A stretch of DNA of 64,000 nucleotides from Gnetum montanum (GCA_015680685.1 MNCI01000775.1:140251-204250), one strand, 5' to 3'; numbered from the stretch's first letter, positions 10,906 to 24,910 are shown. Program-made: numbers and translations. Notes: a model not told the origin generated them from the sequence alone.

Positions 10906-13900
10906 ATGGATACACATGATGACCTCCATTTTCCCTTAATTTTAACAAGACCCCATGGAAGATTTCTGAGACGTTTGAACATAGAGCTTGTAGACTTCGA
11001 ACCACCCCCTTTTGAGACCAACATAGCATCCTTGGACTAGCCCAAATATCTAGTCCAGGCCTTAGACTTAGAAGTTGGTGATGTAACTAAGGACCTTCTT
11101 ATTAAAATTCCCATGACTACATCTAGAAGTAAGGTGAGAATGTTAAAGGTTAGCTCTCTACTAGAGCCACAAGTTCAACAAAATATCTCTAAAGTCCTCA
11201 ATGGTAATATCAAAGTGTTTGCATGGTCATATGAAGATATGTTAGGTTTAGACCCATGCATAATACAACATAATATCATCCTAGATTCATGCGTCAAACT
11301 ACTTAAACAAAAATCTTGCAAAATCAAACTAGAAATTGCATCAGCTGTGCACAATGAAATCACCAAGCTTTATCATGCTAGGTTCATCTAGGCAGTCAAT
11401 TATGCAAACTGGGTATCAAACATCATAGTCATCCCTAAGAAAACTAGGGGCATATGAATTTGTATAGACTTCTGATATTTGAATAAGGCAACCATTAAGG
11501 ATGATTTCCCATTACCCAATATTGACCAACTTGTCAATACGATGGTTGACCATGCTTTACAATCCTTCATGGATGGATTCTTCAGATACAATCAAATTTA
11601 CATAAACCTAGAACATCAACTAGCCACTACCTTCATGACCCCTTGGGGAACCTTCTGTTACATAATGATGCCCTTCACAGGCTAGAAAATTTTGGAGAAA
11701 CATATCAATAAGTAATGACTTACATTTTTAGTGACTATCTTCTAGAATGGTTAAATGATTATGTGGATGATATAGTGGTTAAATCTAAGAAAGCTCCTAA
11801 TCATGAAAATGACATAAACTTGGTCCTTCAACATTTTCATAGGCATGACCTCCACCTCAATCCCAAAGAATGTGTCTTTGGAGTCAAAACTAGATGCATG
11901 TTAGGCTTTGTAATGTCAGAAACTGGGATATGGGTAGATCCCAATAAAGTCAAAGCCATTGTTAACTTAGCACCACCTATGAACCTTAAGGAATTACATG
12001 AGTTGCAAAGCAAGGTACAATTCATATGAAGGTTTATCACAAGGTTAATAGATAAATCGCATCAAATGCAACACTTGCTTAAAAACAGAGTTAACTTTGA
12101 ATGGACAAAACAATGCTAGGAAGCATTTGACAACTTAAAAAAGGAACTTGTTCATCTTCCTACCATTTACCCTCCACAAAGAGAGAAGCCTTTTTAAATT
12201 TATCTTTCCACCTTAGACACATCCATTACTGCTTTGCTCTATCAAAAGAGGGATGATGGTTCTAAAATTCCTATCTACTACCTGAGTCATGTGTTGATAG
12301 CTTATGAAGCAAAATACAATAATGTAGAAAAGAATTGCCTTACTTTAGTATTCATGCTTAAAAACTGGTGGCATTATTTGTTTCGTAGCTAAGTAAATAT
12401 CATCTGCAAAAATAACATACTTAGGGATATTACAACCAATACATACAAAAGTAGTAGGATAGCTCGATGGAAATCCATAACTACAAAATTTGACCTACTC
12501 TACGTAGCAAGTCATCTAGAAAGGGTCAAGCAATAGCTACGCAACTTATGGCTTCACCCATCAATGACTAGGCAATAATAGAACCTAAATTTCCAAACAA
12601 ACATGTTAGTAGCATAAGCCTAGTACCAATAGATTTCGAAGCCATTCTACATTTTGATGATGCCTCAACAACACAAGGTGGCAATGCCACTGCTATTCTC
12701 ACATTTTCCTCCAAAGAGATCCAACCTTTCGCATATCACTTCATGTTTATTTGTACAAACAATGTAGTAGAATATGAGGGTCTCCTTAGGGGCATTCTAG
12801 CAACTCAAGAGTTAGGAATCCAAAACTTAGCAATTCAAGGAAATTCTCAATTACTCATTAACTAAGTCATAGATATCTATGCCTGTAAGGCACAACATTT
12901 GCAAACTTACTATGATTTGGTGAAATACTTACTAAATAAGTTTGCAACCCTAGATGTGTAATATGTACCCTATAATAAAAACACCATAGTCAATGCATTA
13001 GCCACCTTAGCAAACACATGTTCAGTACCTTGCCTACTTCCATAGTGAGATGCACTAACCTTATCATTCATATAGCAAACATCATTTCTATAAGTGTGGC
13101 ACATGCCCAAGAATGGTATGATGATGTTAAGACATACCTCCAACATGGTGTGCCTCCACATGGCCTAACACCTACCCAAAAGGACACAATACGAAAATAA
13201 GCTTGGTAGTATGTCCTTGTAGGAGATGAAACTTTATGTCAACGATCTTATGACAGAATATTGCTAGCTTGTGTTAGTGAGGATGAAGTACAAAAAATTG
13301 TTGATCAAGTCCATGAGGGACTGTGTGAAGGGCACATAGCTCCAAGAGCTATGGTGGCAAAAATTAGCCGACTCAGCTACTACTGGACTTATATGGAGCA
13401 TGATTGTGTCTCTAAGGTTAGAAAATGTGATGTATGTCAACACAATGAGAACCTCATACATGTATTGCCTACTAAATTTCATACCACAAAAATCACATCA
13501 CCTATTCAACATTGCAAACTAGACATCATAGGACCCATAACGCCCAAGTCTTCCAGAAGGCATAGCTTCATTATCACTACAACTAAGTACTTCACTAAGT
13601 GGGTAGAAGCTATTCCCCTTAGGAAGACTACATCTCAACAAGTGTGCAAATTCATCTTGGACAATATAGTAACTTGATTCGTCCTTCCTATGACTATCAT
13701 TATAGAAAACTGGCCCCAATTCAATAGCATGGAAACTAAAACCTGTTGCAAAAATCTTGGTATTAAACATTCTTTCTCATCACCATATTATTCCCAATCC
13801 AACGGCCAAGTAGAAGCTACCAATAAAGCTATTTTCAACCTTCTAGAAAAGATGCTTAGTAGTATTAAGTGATGATGGCATGAGCAACTCCTTTATGTGC

Positions 13901-14348
13901 TATGGGCTTATCACACAACATGTAGTACTACCACAGGTAAAACCTCATATAGTCTTGTATACGGATCTAAAGTGGTGTTACATCTTGAATTGCAGGTCCC
14001 ATCACTCTGGATGATCCTCTTGAATTTTATGGATGAGGCTCAAAACAATGAGTCAAGAATCACTAATGTTGATTCTATAGAGGAGGAGTGCATCCAAACA
14101 CTTAACCATATTGAGTGGTATCAAGACAAGCAATGGCAAAAACATCATTGCAATCTACACCAACGTCTGATCAAAAAAGGGGATCTAGTCCTCAAGGTAG
14201 TTCGCTAGCCCATGAAGAAATTCTTAGCCAACTAGAAAGGGCCCTTTTGGTCACAAAGGCATATGAGAATGGAGCATTCAAACTGGTTGACTTAGATGGC
14301 AACGAGTTACCAAATCCTATCAATCATCTGTACCTAAAACCCTACTAG
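10906..14348 (+). pseudogene. pol: A1 RT-RNaseH-aRH-integrase, disrupted
   Basis: RT: FAWSYEDM, DDFPLPNID, SFMDGFFRYNQI, YVDDIVV, LNPKEC. aRH at ~12640-13020 (LHFDDAS, CTNNVVEYEGL, GNSQL). INT: HEGLCEGH...CDVC, LDIIGP, YFTKWVEA, SNGQVEATNK. Ends INHLYLKPY*. Confidence 0.95.
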
Positions 14349-14390
14349 ACCTAACATGCAATGTCATGTTGGATATAAGCCAAGGTAAGA

Positions 14391-14790
14391 AGATCATCCG
14401 CTATGATATAAAACTGGCACAAATCATCCTCTATGACGTAAAACTAGCACAGATCATCTGGTATGACATAAAACTGGCACAAATCATCTTCTATGATGTA
14501 AAACTAGTACATATCATCCACCATGATATTAAACTAGCATAGCATGTCTTTGGGCCATGACATGAAATTGGCACCCATAGAATGATCTGCTATGACCTTA
14601 AACTGGCCATCCCCCATCCGCTATAATATTAAACTAGCATAGAGGTCTACTAGGACCTTAAACTAGCATATCATGGTCTGCTAGGAACATAAACTAGCAT
14701 AGCATGGTCTACCTGGACCTTAAACAAGGACCACAGTTTGCTAAGACTTTAAGCTAACACATCAAATGATATACCAAGATCTAAAACTAG
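14391..14790. repeat. ~30-bp tandem array after integrase (ARATCATCYGCTATGAYRTAAAACTRGCAC)
   Basis: AAACT(G/A)G cores at 14411, 14441, 14471, 14501 and 14531, then degenerate units to ~14790. Confidence 0.95.
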
Positions 14791-16273
14791 GTTTTCAAGG
14801 CAACCTCTCTAGTTCAACACATGTGACCTTGTGAACAAGAAAGTAAGAATGTGTCCCATCTTTTGTTGCTTTTCCATGCCTCTCAGGCAAGGCAGGATGG
14901 GATGTTGTAGTTCTATAATGAAATTCAAAACATCAAGGAAACACCCTCTGGGACATTTGTAATGTCACCATCCCTGGCATCTTGCTGATCTTCTAGATAT
15001 GTCCTTTGACATCTTGCTGACCTTCTAGAGCTACCACAACCATTTTTAATCATCTTGGTTGTAGCTCTCTTCATATGCACTTCCCATTAGAGTCCTAGCA
15101 CTATTGTGGCCTAGCAACAATGTTCGCATCCTCTAACCCTCACCATCATCTGAGTCTGAAAGAACATTCAACAACTAGGTTTCTCATGCTACAACTAAAT
15201 TTCTTAGCTCTTGCCTATGGTGGGGATTCCTACGCACCTACATCATCATTACTCTTAGCCTCTTGAGAACTCTCTTCCGGTGTAGCTGCTGGAATTTTTT
15301 CAGCCTACCACCACAAACACCTACACTAGCCTTCCTACTTTGGACATTGCAGATTCATAGCTTTGTCTTGAGTTGACTAAACTTCATATTCATTTCACAT
15401 GATGATCATTTTTCTACTTTTCTCTTTATTATGTTTGTAGAATAATGTTGGGATGATACTAATCAAGAATACATTTTACCATGAGACCAGGACACTACAC
15501 TATTCCAAAGTACCTACTTCAACTGGCCTAGGTACTTGAGAGTGCATTTCCTCACATCTGTTCAACCAACCTAACCTTTTTTTTTCTCCCTTTGCAATTT
15601 CCAATATCCCCTCACAAGCTTCTCCAATACACATGAAACACTTTTCCATACTCAACCACCAGCCCAATGATAAATGTATTGCAACTCATCCCATGGGAAC
15701 CTTCTGTAGGCAGGTCAAAGTCCCACATGGATGTAACACAACTCATCTCTGGGAGGAAACACCTATCCTATAGTGACAACATGATTGCCTTCAAATGGAT
15801 ATGGGTGTGCAATTTCTTGAAAAAAAAAAGAAAAAGAAAGAAAGAAAACAAGTAAAAAAAAAAAGAAAAAAAAAGAAAGAAGAAGAAGAAGAGAAAGAAG
15901 AAAAGAAAATAAGACAAATACCCATGTTATATGGCATAGTTGCCACTTTGCAACTATCTCAGCCTTGTATTGACCATCTCTAAGCACTCTGATGAGGGGA
16001 AAGACACCCATGTGTGCTGACTCCCTCATAAGCACTATGATGAGGTATCATACTATGGCAATGGTTCTCATGGCATCGCATCCTATACTTTTCCCTTGAC
16101 CCCATCTCCTCAAACCCATCCCCTGTTCTCTATCATACTTCACTTTCCTAGCACTCTCAAGCATAGAAAATCATCATCTAAGTGGGCACTAACAAATGGT
16201 GTTGGTTTCATGTTCATCATGGTGTTTCATATTCTTTGTTGACATCTCTTGGGAAAATCCTCTAGATGTTGAC

Positions 16274-16286
16274 AAAGAGGGGATAG
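16274..16286 (+). promoter_or_regulatory. Polypurine tract of A1
   Basis: AAAGAGGGGATAG directly before TG at 16287. Confidence 0.8.
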
Positions 16287-18523
16287 TGAAACACCATCAA
16301 TTTTTGGCTCTCATGATTCAGCACAGTCCTAAAACTTGGGTGAAACCTCTCCAAGTGTGGTGTTATGTTGGGCCATGTAGATAGTATGACACCCTGGAAG
16401 TCATAATGCTTACAAAGATTTCTCTCAGCCTATCTACTACGTTCCTTGGCATAGTCAACAAAGCACTCAATTACAAGGCTAGTATGCCAAAATAGAGCAT
16501 TGGGGGTGGACCATATAGTTTGAAAAATTTTCTATTTTTGACCTAGGATGCTATGCTCTATTGCACAACATAGACAGCATAGCAAGCCATGAGATGCTGA
16601 AATTTTTCCAAGTGTTCGGCTAGATGTAGAAGGTGCATTTGAGCAATTCTTTAGCTTTCAAGGATTCCTATCCTATTAAATCCTTGGATTATGATCAACA
16701 TGACATGGAAAAATAACAAAAATTTCATGAAATTCATCCTAATTTGGGTGCTACGCTAAACAATGTAGCACATCATAGCAAGGTGCCAACATATCAAAAT
16801 CTTTTCTCAAGTTGTTTTGACATGAAAAATGCATTTGACCATTCTTTAACCTCTAAGCCTACTTGTCCCACTTTGCCCTTAGAGCATGACCAAGGTCCCA
16901 TGGCAAAGCATTGCAAGTTAAGTTAAAATTCATCCAAAATCAGGTGCTGCATTGTGCTCCGCTACACAACATAGCAGACATATCAAGGTCAAATGTGTCT
17001 CAAGAATGAAAATAGGAGGTCTGAGGCTCTTTCACATGAAAAGCATGATGGACAATTGTTGAAGTTGCTTTCCTTGCTAGGTCTTAGAGTGGTGCTCTCA
17101 GTTTTTAACAAAATTTATTAACAAAGGTGTGGTATGCTGTGTAGCATAGCACAGCATAGTGAGCTAGTGTTTACACTACTTCACTATGCTGGATAGCGTA
17201 GATGGTGTAACACTTAAGAAGAAGCCTTAGGAAATCTCCAAAAGTTTCAAAAATCATCATCAATTATCATTTCTACTCCAACATCTCCTTGATAGCCAAG
17301 ATCAATAGTTTTCTTTGTTTCTTGCACCACTTTTTGATCCCCAAACGTTTTCCCTACGATTGAGCCTACTTTGAAAAGAAGACATAGTCCTAGAGCATAA
17401 GCTCCAATTTGCATGTATTGTAAGTATTTTTTATAGAATAAGGTGATTCTTTAGATTCTAGCACATGCAGTATGGGCAATATGGTCACAGCTTGGTAGAT
17501 TTGTGGTTCCTGTTCCTGTTCCATTCAGAGTAGCACATCCACGTAGCACCACATCTTGAGCATAGCACACTAGTGTGGCACATTCACATTCATGCTACAT
17601 GGGACCCACAACATGTGGCATCCAAACCACGTCTCTTCCCCCAACCTTGGATTTATAAATACCTTAGTAAATGAAATTGTAAGGGTTATCTTTTGCAGTG
17701 GCCTTCAGGAGAAGATTGGCGAGCAGAAGGTTGATGAGCAGCAAATCTTAGCATTAGTCTTCCAAATCCTTTTTCCACTCCCACGCTTGAATATGACACT
17801 TTCCTAGTCACAACATAGTAATTTTTAGACCAAAAAGCATCAACACCATATTTGCAACACTCTAGAAAGTGTAACCATATTGCCTTGCTACCCAACTATT
17901 TCTATCTATGTTGCACACCAATTGTACACATCATTCAATTAAAAGCTGCATCCCCCAATCTTGGGGTGGTGAATTTCTTGATCCACACTCTCATTTCATT
18001 CTTTTCCTATAGCATTTTAAATTGTTATCATATCTTATTCTTTTTTTGTATTTCCATATGCACCCACAAGCATATTCTCTCACTATTATACATGTTGCAT
18101 GCCTACTTATGTCAAACTCTTATACATGACACCTAGAAATCATTATCTACAAATGGTTATTTGACACCACGTAAGTCCCTGATTAATTGACCAAACCACT
18201 CAGGGCACCTCATTTCTGTGTTCTCCAACATGACCCTCCAACAAACTTAGGATTATGCTATGCACCTGATAACCTCTCAGTGTTCTAGCCACCGATGTTT
18301 TCAGATGCTAGAAAATTGGCCATGGAAGTGTATGCTACACTAACCATGCCAAGGAGCATAGTTGGTAAACTTAGAAAAAGTTTGCAAAAAAATAGGACTT
18401 CAAGTGTGCTACACTATCTATGCTACAGGGTGTAAAAATAGACTTAGAAAAAGTTTGCCCAAGTTTTGACACTTAGACAAATCTGTCATTGAACTACAGA
18501 AGCCCAAAATTGGTGGTGTTTCA
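16287..18523 (+). mobile_element. 3' LTR of A1 (2237 bp)
   Basis: TGAAACACCATCAATTTTTGGCT...AGCCCAAAATTGGTGGTGTTTCA forms a 21/23 terminal inverted repeat. TATAAATA at 17654. 18171-18312 is homologous to the A2 LTR (57706-57850), and 18258-18310 to 896-948. Confidence 0.85.
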
Positions 18524-21500
18524 GTCCTCCCTGTTGTCCTTGTTTAGGGGCCATCTATAATTACATCAAAATTTATTATTATTAAGGTCATTTAACATAG
18601 CTTCATTATCTCATACCTTACTCATTACCTTTAATAAATATTGAATTCTTTACTTAGTATAATTTCAAAGTTAGAAACATGAAGTTCCCCTAAAAGTTTT
18701 AATGTTCGATCCAATTTGATCAAATGACTCTAATAATAATTTAAATGATTTGGGTGAAGGAAAAAAATTAGTTTGGCATGAGTTTTTAAAATTTTCTAAT
18801 AGTACTTACCCCTATGATATCCTTCAGGTGATGGTAATTTTTGAAAAATGTATGTGAAAATTCTACAGTACCCTCTCCCATGACTAAGTTAAACACTTCA
18901 AGTTTAATTAGGTATGATTGAAAAGGAAATTGAAGCATTAATATTCAAGATATTGACAGTTGAATATTAGACTCTCAGAGTGCTAGAATCGTGGAAGAAC
19001 ATTTGAATAACTCCCCCATGTATATTGTTGAAAATGACTTCTGAACATGCGGGGCGCCATATATATAGGTTTTATAAAAATGATATCACGTATGTGATAG
19101 CACGTACTTGATATCACATAGGACCTAATACCAGGTACCTAATATCACATCCTATCAAAAATAGGGTACTTAGTAAAATTGATGAATTTTCAAGTTTTTA
19201 CGACCAAAAATGAAGGATTTTAGGTAGATTGGCAAGGTCTGGGATAATGTCAAGTGGAAAGTAAGCCACCAAAAGTGTAATGAAGTGGAGTTATACAATG
19301 AAGTTCTTTTAATATGGTGAGGAGAAAGGACATGTAGTGGTTCTAAGGAACATTTGATTGAAATAATTACAAAGGAAAGAATAGGTTTGGCAATGGAATA
19401 CTCAAAGGGCATAAAATGATGTGGTGGTGTGCAACAAGTACAAATTACAAAAGTCACACAAGTGGGTCCTCCCCAAAGTACGTTTCAACCTATCATGCCT
19501 TTGTGTAACCATGCCTTAAATTTTTCATGGGCACTAGAAGGGTTAAATGCAATTAGCACTTCTGCAACAAAACACACACATGTTAAGTTCCACCACTATG
19601 AGGCATGAATTCTATGCCACATAAGACACAAGTTAGAAGTACTTAGATTCTGAGATGAGATGAATTGTAGAAGGAATTGTAGAGATTGGGACATGAGGTA
19701 ACTTACCCTAGGCACAATAAATCCAAAGTGTTGTGCATTATTAAGGTACCATTAGCCTTTCACTCTAAGATCAAAACCAAGTCCATAACTCTAATCAATG
19801 ACATCGCATTGTTTCATCCTAATGATAGATAACCATAAGACCAGCATGATAGTAAAGTGTACAATCACTTAACATTTTTCCCAAGGGAGGAGTAATTCAA
19901 ATTTTTCTACAACATGTTTTTTCTTCAGCTTTTCTTTTTAGCTTCTCTTCTTTTTTTTCCTTTTTTTTCTTGTAGCTACTTTTTGCACTTTGTCTTTCAC
20001 AAAGGTGATTTGGAGAAGCCACCAACCTTTACACATGGGTACATGTCTTTCTAGTCAAACCCCCAAGAGCAATATTGAGTTCCTTTATTGATTGCCTTTA
20101 TTACAACTCTTACTCCCATTGTTCATTTGATCTACAAGGATCTTAGTATAACCAAGCTACATGATAGCACATGCAGATGTCACTAAAGAGAATCCACAAG
20201 TCCCCTTGATGTCACACCCTTGTCATTCCCTCTCAGTCTGTCACTCTTTGCTTTAGCCATAATAAGTACAAAGTTACTTTAAGCTTTAATGATAACAAGA
20301 ATATCAGCGTACCCAGAGTAGAACCTCTTATTAATAGAATGTGTGGGGTGATGTTGTGAGCTCATTGTCCAAATAATTAGTCACTTTTGACTCAATAACA
20401 TAGAACAACACCTCAACTAACTAGTTACATGAGTGTTTTATTCACAAATGAGATTACCCACAAAAAGATAAATTGATAAATTGAAAAACAAGAAAGTATA
20501 AAACAAAAAAAAAATTGAAAAACAAAAAATTGTAAAACCAAAGAAAAGGAAAAACATTTAGTAATTCTGCTTGTTAGAATGGGGGTATCCCCCATGACTA
20601 AACCTTTGATCATGGAAAGAATTAATAAATGGAAAGTTTGGATTTGTGCATGTTGGAAATATTGGGGTCCTATCATATCCAAACCATTGGGTGTCTTTTG
20701 GTGTGGTGGTAGGAATGTACCCAAATTGGGGTTCACACACTTGATTAAAGTGGGCATAGTGGGGTAAATTATAAGATGTGGTCATGTGATAAGAAGCTAA
20801 CCCACTATGGCACCCATGACCATAAGATAGTATGCAAGGATTGATATGTCTTTTCACATTGTTATATTCATTAGGCTACATGGTTGTTGGAGTGTTGATT
20901 GGTGGCTTGGATAAGGTAATAGGAGGTGTTGTGGAAGGTGCATCACCATGTTGGATTTGTGCTAAGTTGGAGGATGCAATGGTTTCAAAGCTATGTTGTC
21001 TCTTTCTACTGCCATGCCTAAAGAAAGGATGCTTCCGATGTGGTGAAGGATCCCCACTGCTATTGATAGTAGTAGCACAAGTAATGTTTGTTGGTGGATG
21101 CAATGGTGCAAAACCTTCTGGTACAACTGGTGGTAATGTAGAAGGAGGTCAAGGATGAGAATATTGAGAGTAAAGAGGGGTGTAAGGGACATGAGGTGAT
21201 GATCTCGTAGGAGAAGACATGGGTTGATGATATTCAAGAGAATGATAATGATGAGGTGAAGTAAAATATGTTGATCTAATTAGAGAAATAGGATGTTGGA
21301 CATAATAAGCACTTGATTTTAAATGATACAGAGGGTGAGGCTAGTTTGGTGATGGTCTCTCCCACAACTGGGGGTTTTGCCACTATGGTTGAGCTTGGTA
21401 CTTCTATATGAAATCTAGATGTAACATGTTTCCCCAATGCTCATGTAGATGTGACAAGATTTGACATTGGCCTTTTAGGTGATTGTACAGGTAGACACAT

Positions 21501-23960
21501 CATTGATACTTGTGTTTGGAAATTGAGCCCTTATCCTTATTTTCTTCAACCCTTCTTTTTGATTGTTGAATGGTGTTCTATCCTATTTCTAAGTTTGGCA
21601 TCCTCTATTTGTTCTAGTTGTTAGGGTTATCTTGTGTGGTTTTCCCTCTAATAATGTTTGCATATTCTCTATATTTTTCATATACCCATTCCATTATCTT
21701 ATTGATCTTTGCCTCAATTTCATCTATTGATTTTAGTACTGGAAAAGATGGGGATGATTTGACCTCCTCAAGGTGAGTTGATTTCTTCTTTTCATGATTA
21801 TGGACCTTCGTCATGTTGAGATTTTAATCCTGTTGAGATTTTTCAATACTCTCCCATTCGGATATTTCTCCTTCTTCTTTTGCTACCCACTTAATAAGCT
21901 CTTGGAACTAGTGGGTTTTTAGTTCATATAGTTGACCTAAGGCATACATCCCTAGGGTCTGTCTTGTTTCCTTGCGAAGCCCATCCATGATGTGATACAT
22001 TAGCCTTTCCTTGAAGAACCCATGGCTTGGGAATTTTTTTAACAACAAGTAATATCTTTCTAAGGCCATTTCCAAGGGTTCATGTTACCCCTGTTTTCAT
22101 TCTTGGACTTGTCTCCTCAATGTTGACACTCTTGCATAGGTTTGATATCTTTTGTTGAAGAGTTTCATCATTGTAGGCCATCGGTGAATTGAATTTGGTT
22201 TTAGAGATCTATACCACACTTTTTCTTGGCCCACACATGTCATAGGAAAGATCTTAAGTCTTTTCCATCCATTATCAAGGTTGTTCCATGCATAGGCATT
22301 AGAGAAGGCTTACAAAATGATGTTGTAGATCTAAATCATAGCCTCCTAAGAACTTGGGAAAGTTGTTGAAATCAAGCCTAGGTAGATGGCTTTCTGTATG
22401 ATGCCTACAAGATATCTAAATGACCTCTATTATATACAGTAGGCTATTAGTGGCTAGTAGGGGTTCATTTTCACGATGTAGGTTGTTAGTTTGTGAGTTG
22501 GAATGATGTTATCTTTGTTCATGTCAGCATTCTTGATTTTGTCCATGGGTTCAATTTTTATTTCTACACCTACCCCTTAAGTAATAGTCATCTATGTCAT
22601 GACCTATTATAGAAAGAGTAGAGGAAGAGAGAAAATTGGAAGACTTGTCATGTGTTTTGTAAGTCTCCCAATCATCCCCTAATGTACTCTTGTTACCCAT
22701 TCAGAATGTCCTAGGCCTTATAGGCCTCCTCATTCTAGGAGATTTCCCATCCTTGCTAGAGGTGTCAAAGTTGGCTAACAAGAGTCTTTGAGTATTGTTG
22801 GGGTGTTCATAAACATATGAAATTCCTACATAATGTTGAGTACTCCAAACTTCATCTTCATCATAAATTTCTTTGGTTCTCCAATGAATTACCTCGGTAG
22901 TTGTTGCATTATCATTGTCTTGTAAGAGAGACATTATCGTGAATTATGTGTGAATTAATTAAATTAAATTTCTTTGTCTAAAAGATATATTGTTAATACC
23001 CTATTATAGCTATCTTGTATGATATAACTAATCTATATAACTAGCACCATCACTAGCAACAACACTAATGATGAGCAGTGAGGTACCCCTATGCTCAATC
23101 ATACGAATATGAGTGTGTACACATGATCCAATTGAACTCTGTGGATGGAATGGTTGTGGAAGCTAGATAGGTATACGTTGATCATAGTTCACTGTCTTCC
23201 CACCTAGACTAGTATTTGCTTTGTCACGTAGGGTTTAGTCTAGGGTGAGGTGTCTGATATGGTTTCTATGACTATGCTACTTCTAAGGACAATGAGAAGT
23301 AACTTGAATAAGCTAAAAAGAAATAGGAAATAAAATCTAAGCTAGCCTAAGTGGGATGAGCATCCATCCTTGATCATCCATACACATCTTGGACTTTGTG
23401 TACTACTTCTAGGATTACCAAGTGCACATCACTCGAAACACTAGTTGATATGCTACTAGGTTACCACGTAGCTACACTTAAATGTTCATGATTAAGACAT
23501 ACTCATTCTATGTTAACAATCGGAATAGTAAATGATAATAAAAGAAATATTCACTAAGAAAATAACAATAAATAATTAATAATTAACCAATTTAAAACTA
23601 AGTTAATGCTACAATGATGGAGTAATCTTGATCTTTATGGCCGATTGTATGCGTGTCCAAGTATGTCACACTCGAACAAAGGTTCCATACAATTACAAGC
23701 ATCACACTATGGGCATACACTTGGGAAAATAACTGAGAAAGAACTAAAAACTAACAAAAGAACTAAAAACTAACAAAAAGACTCTAGACTCCTAATGACT
23801 AACTAATGTCCTACCACATGAACCTGAGTGCTATATTTATAGGCTAACATAGGAATCATGATATCATGTATACGATATCATATCTAGGCTGTGATATTGT
23901 AGACCCAATATCAGGGCCTAGTAAACCATAATTCATCTTGTGGTATGGATCATGAATGAT
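18524..23960 (-). mobile_element. Element D: degenerate LTR element with Asp-type PBS (Athila-like), pol not recognised
   Basis: 23050-23067 TCACTAGCAACAACACTA is a transition-decayed reverse complement of TGGCGCCGTTGCCGGGGA, next to TGATGAG at 23069. Minus TATA at ~23832-23841. A similar GATATCA-rich LTR-like block lies at ~19050-19160 and a purine tract on minus at ~19468-19476. Boundaries approximate. Confidence 0.5.
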
Positions 23961-24339
23961 CCTAGGAGTATGGAGGCGAAGATGAAGGCATTTTTTGATG
24001 TCTTCCATCTTCCATTAGAAGTTATTGTTGCTATAGGACAACCAAAACCACCTCAACCATCACATGCACCTAAAGAAAGAGAAAGTCCTTTGGAGCCTTA
24101 GAAACCTCCATTGCCTAGGATCATTTGATCTTCTTCCTTATCTTTATGCCATCAGAGGAATAATTTTTTTCATTTTTGTCTTGGTGTTCAATTTTGTTAT
24201 CTTGAAGACCAAAATTTTGTAATGATTTTAAACCTATACACTTGGGTACTTAGTGTTTATTTGTGTTTGTGCTTATGAATGTTAGTAGTTAGTCAATAAT
24301 CCCATGTCTTCTCAAAATTTGGTAAGAAACTTGTTCCTT

Positions 24340-24910
24340 CTTTTGTTCACTTGAAGACAAGTTTTCATTTATTCATGGGGGTATGATGAGTCATGTTTTC
24401 TTGGGTTTTGTCAATGAGGGCTCACTGACATGGCCCCATTTACATGACCTCATTGATGTAGCCGCATTGACATGGGATTTGATCCATTGATGTGGCCTTG
24501 TTAATGTAGTGTCTATTTTCACCTATAAATACACACTTACTTGTCATGTTTATGGCATCTTTGGTCATAGTTGTAGTAGAGATCTTGTAGTTTTCTTACT
24601 TGAAAGTTAGAATATTTTTTTTTAAGTGCTTGTAGTAGGAATCAAAGAGTGTATGGATATTTATTCAAGCACTATTGTACCTGAGCACAGTAGTGTGTGT
24701 AACAATAAAAATGAGCTTTCTAATAAACCTTGTAGCACTTTGAAATGGATTAACTATTTATTTATGCATTTAATGTTTTATGCAACTTCATTTAATGCTA
24801 TAATTAATTAAGCTAAATTAAGATACATTAAATAGTGATTAATTAAGCACATAAGTACAACCACTTTAAGCATACACTTGGCACTTGGTAATCCAAGTAA
24901 TGCTTCATGT
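24340..24910 (+). mobile_element. 3' end, PPT and short LTR of another gypsy-like element
   Basis: GAAGACAAG...GGGGG followed by TGATGAG at 24384, ~15-bp CATTGAYRT repeats at 24420-24510 and CTATAAATA at 24523. Right end uncertain. Confidence 0.45.

Larger units (their letters stand above)
896..18523 (+). mobile_element. Element A1: degenerate Ty3/gypsy LTR retrotransposon of the Tat/Ogre group (gag-pro // antisense gene // RT-RH-aRH-INT)
   Basis: LTR remnant 896-950, PBS 956-983, gag-pro 1421-5237, pol 10906-14348, PPT 16274-16286 and LTR 16287-18523. The CxxHxxxxHxxxxC-type knuckle (intact in A2) and a second RNase H are Tat-clade traits. Confidence 0.9.

Noticed and set aside
14391-14790. 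Regular ~30-bp repeats (also 5360-5596) as a CRISPR-like array
   Set aside because: Head-to-tail units without unique spacers, no cas genes, and a eukaryotic retroelement context.
15667-16035. Lys/Glu-rich and Phe/Leu-rich ORFs
   Set aside because: Translations of an A-rich low-complexity tract in the A1 3' UTR.
16287-18523. Solo LTR or TIR DNA transposon
   Set aside because: No TSD (GATAG vs GTCCT), preceded by a PPT, and homologous to A-family LTR ends.
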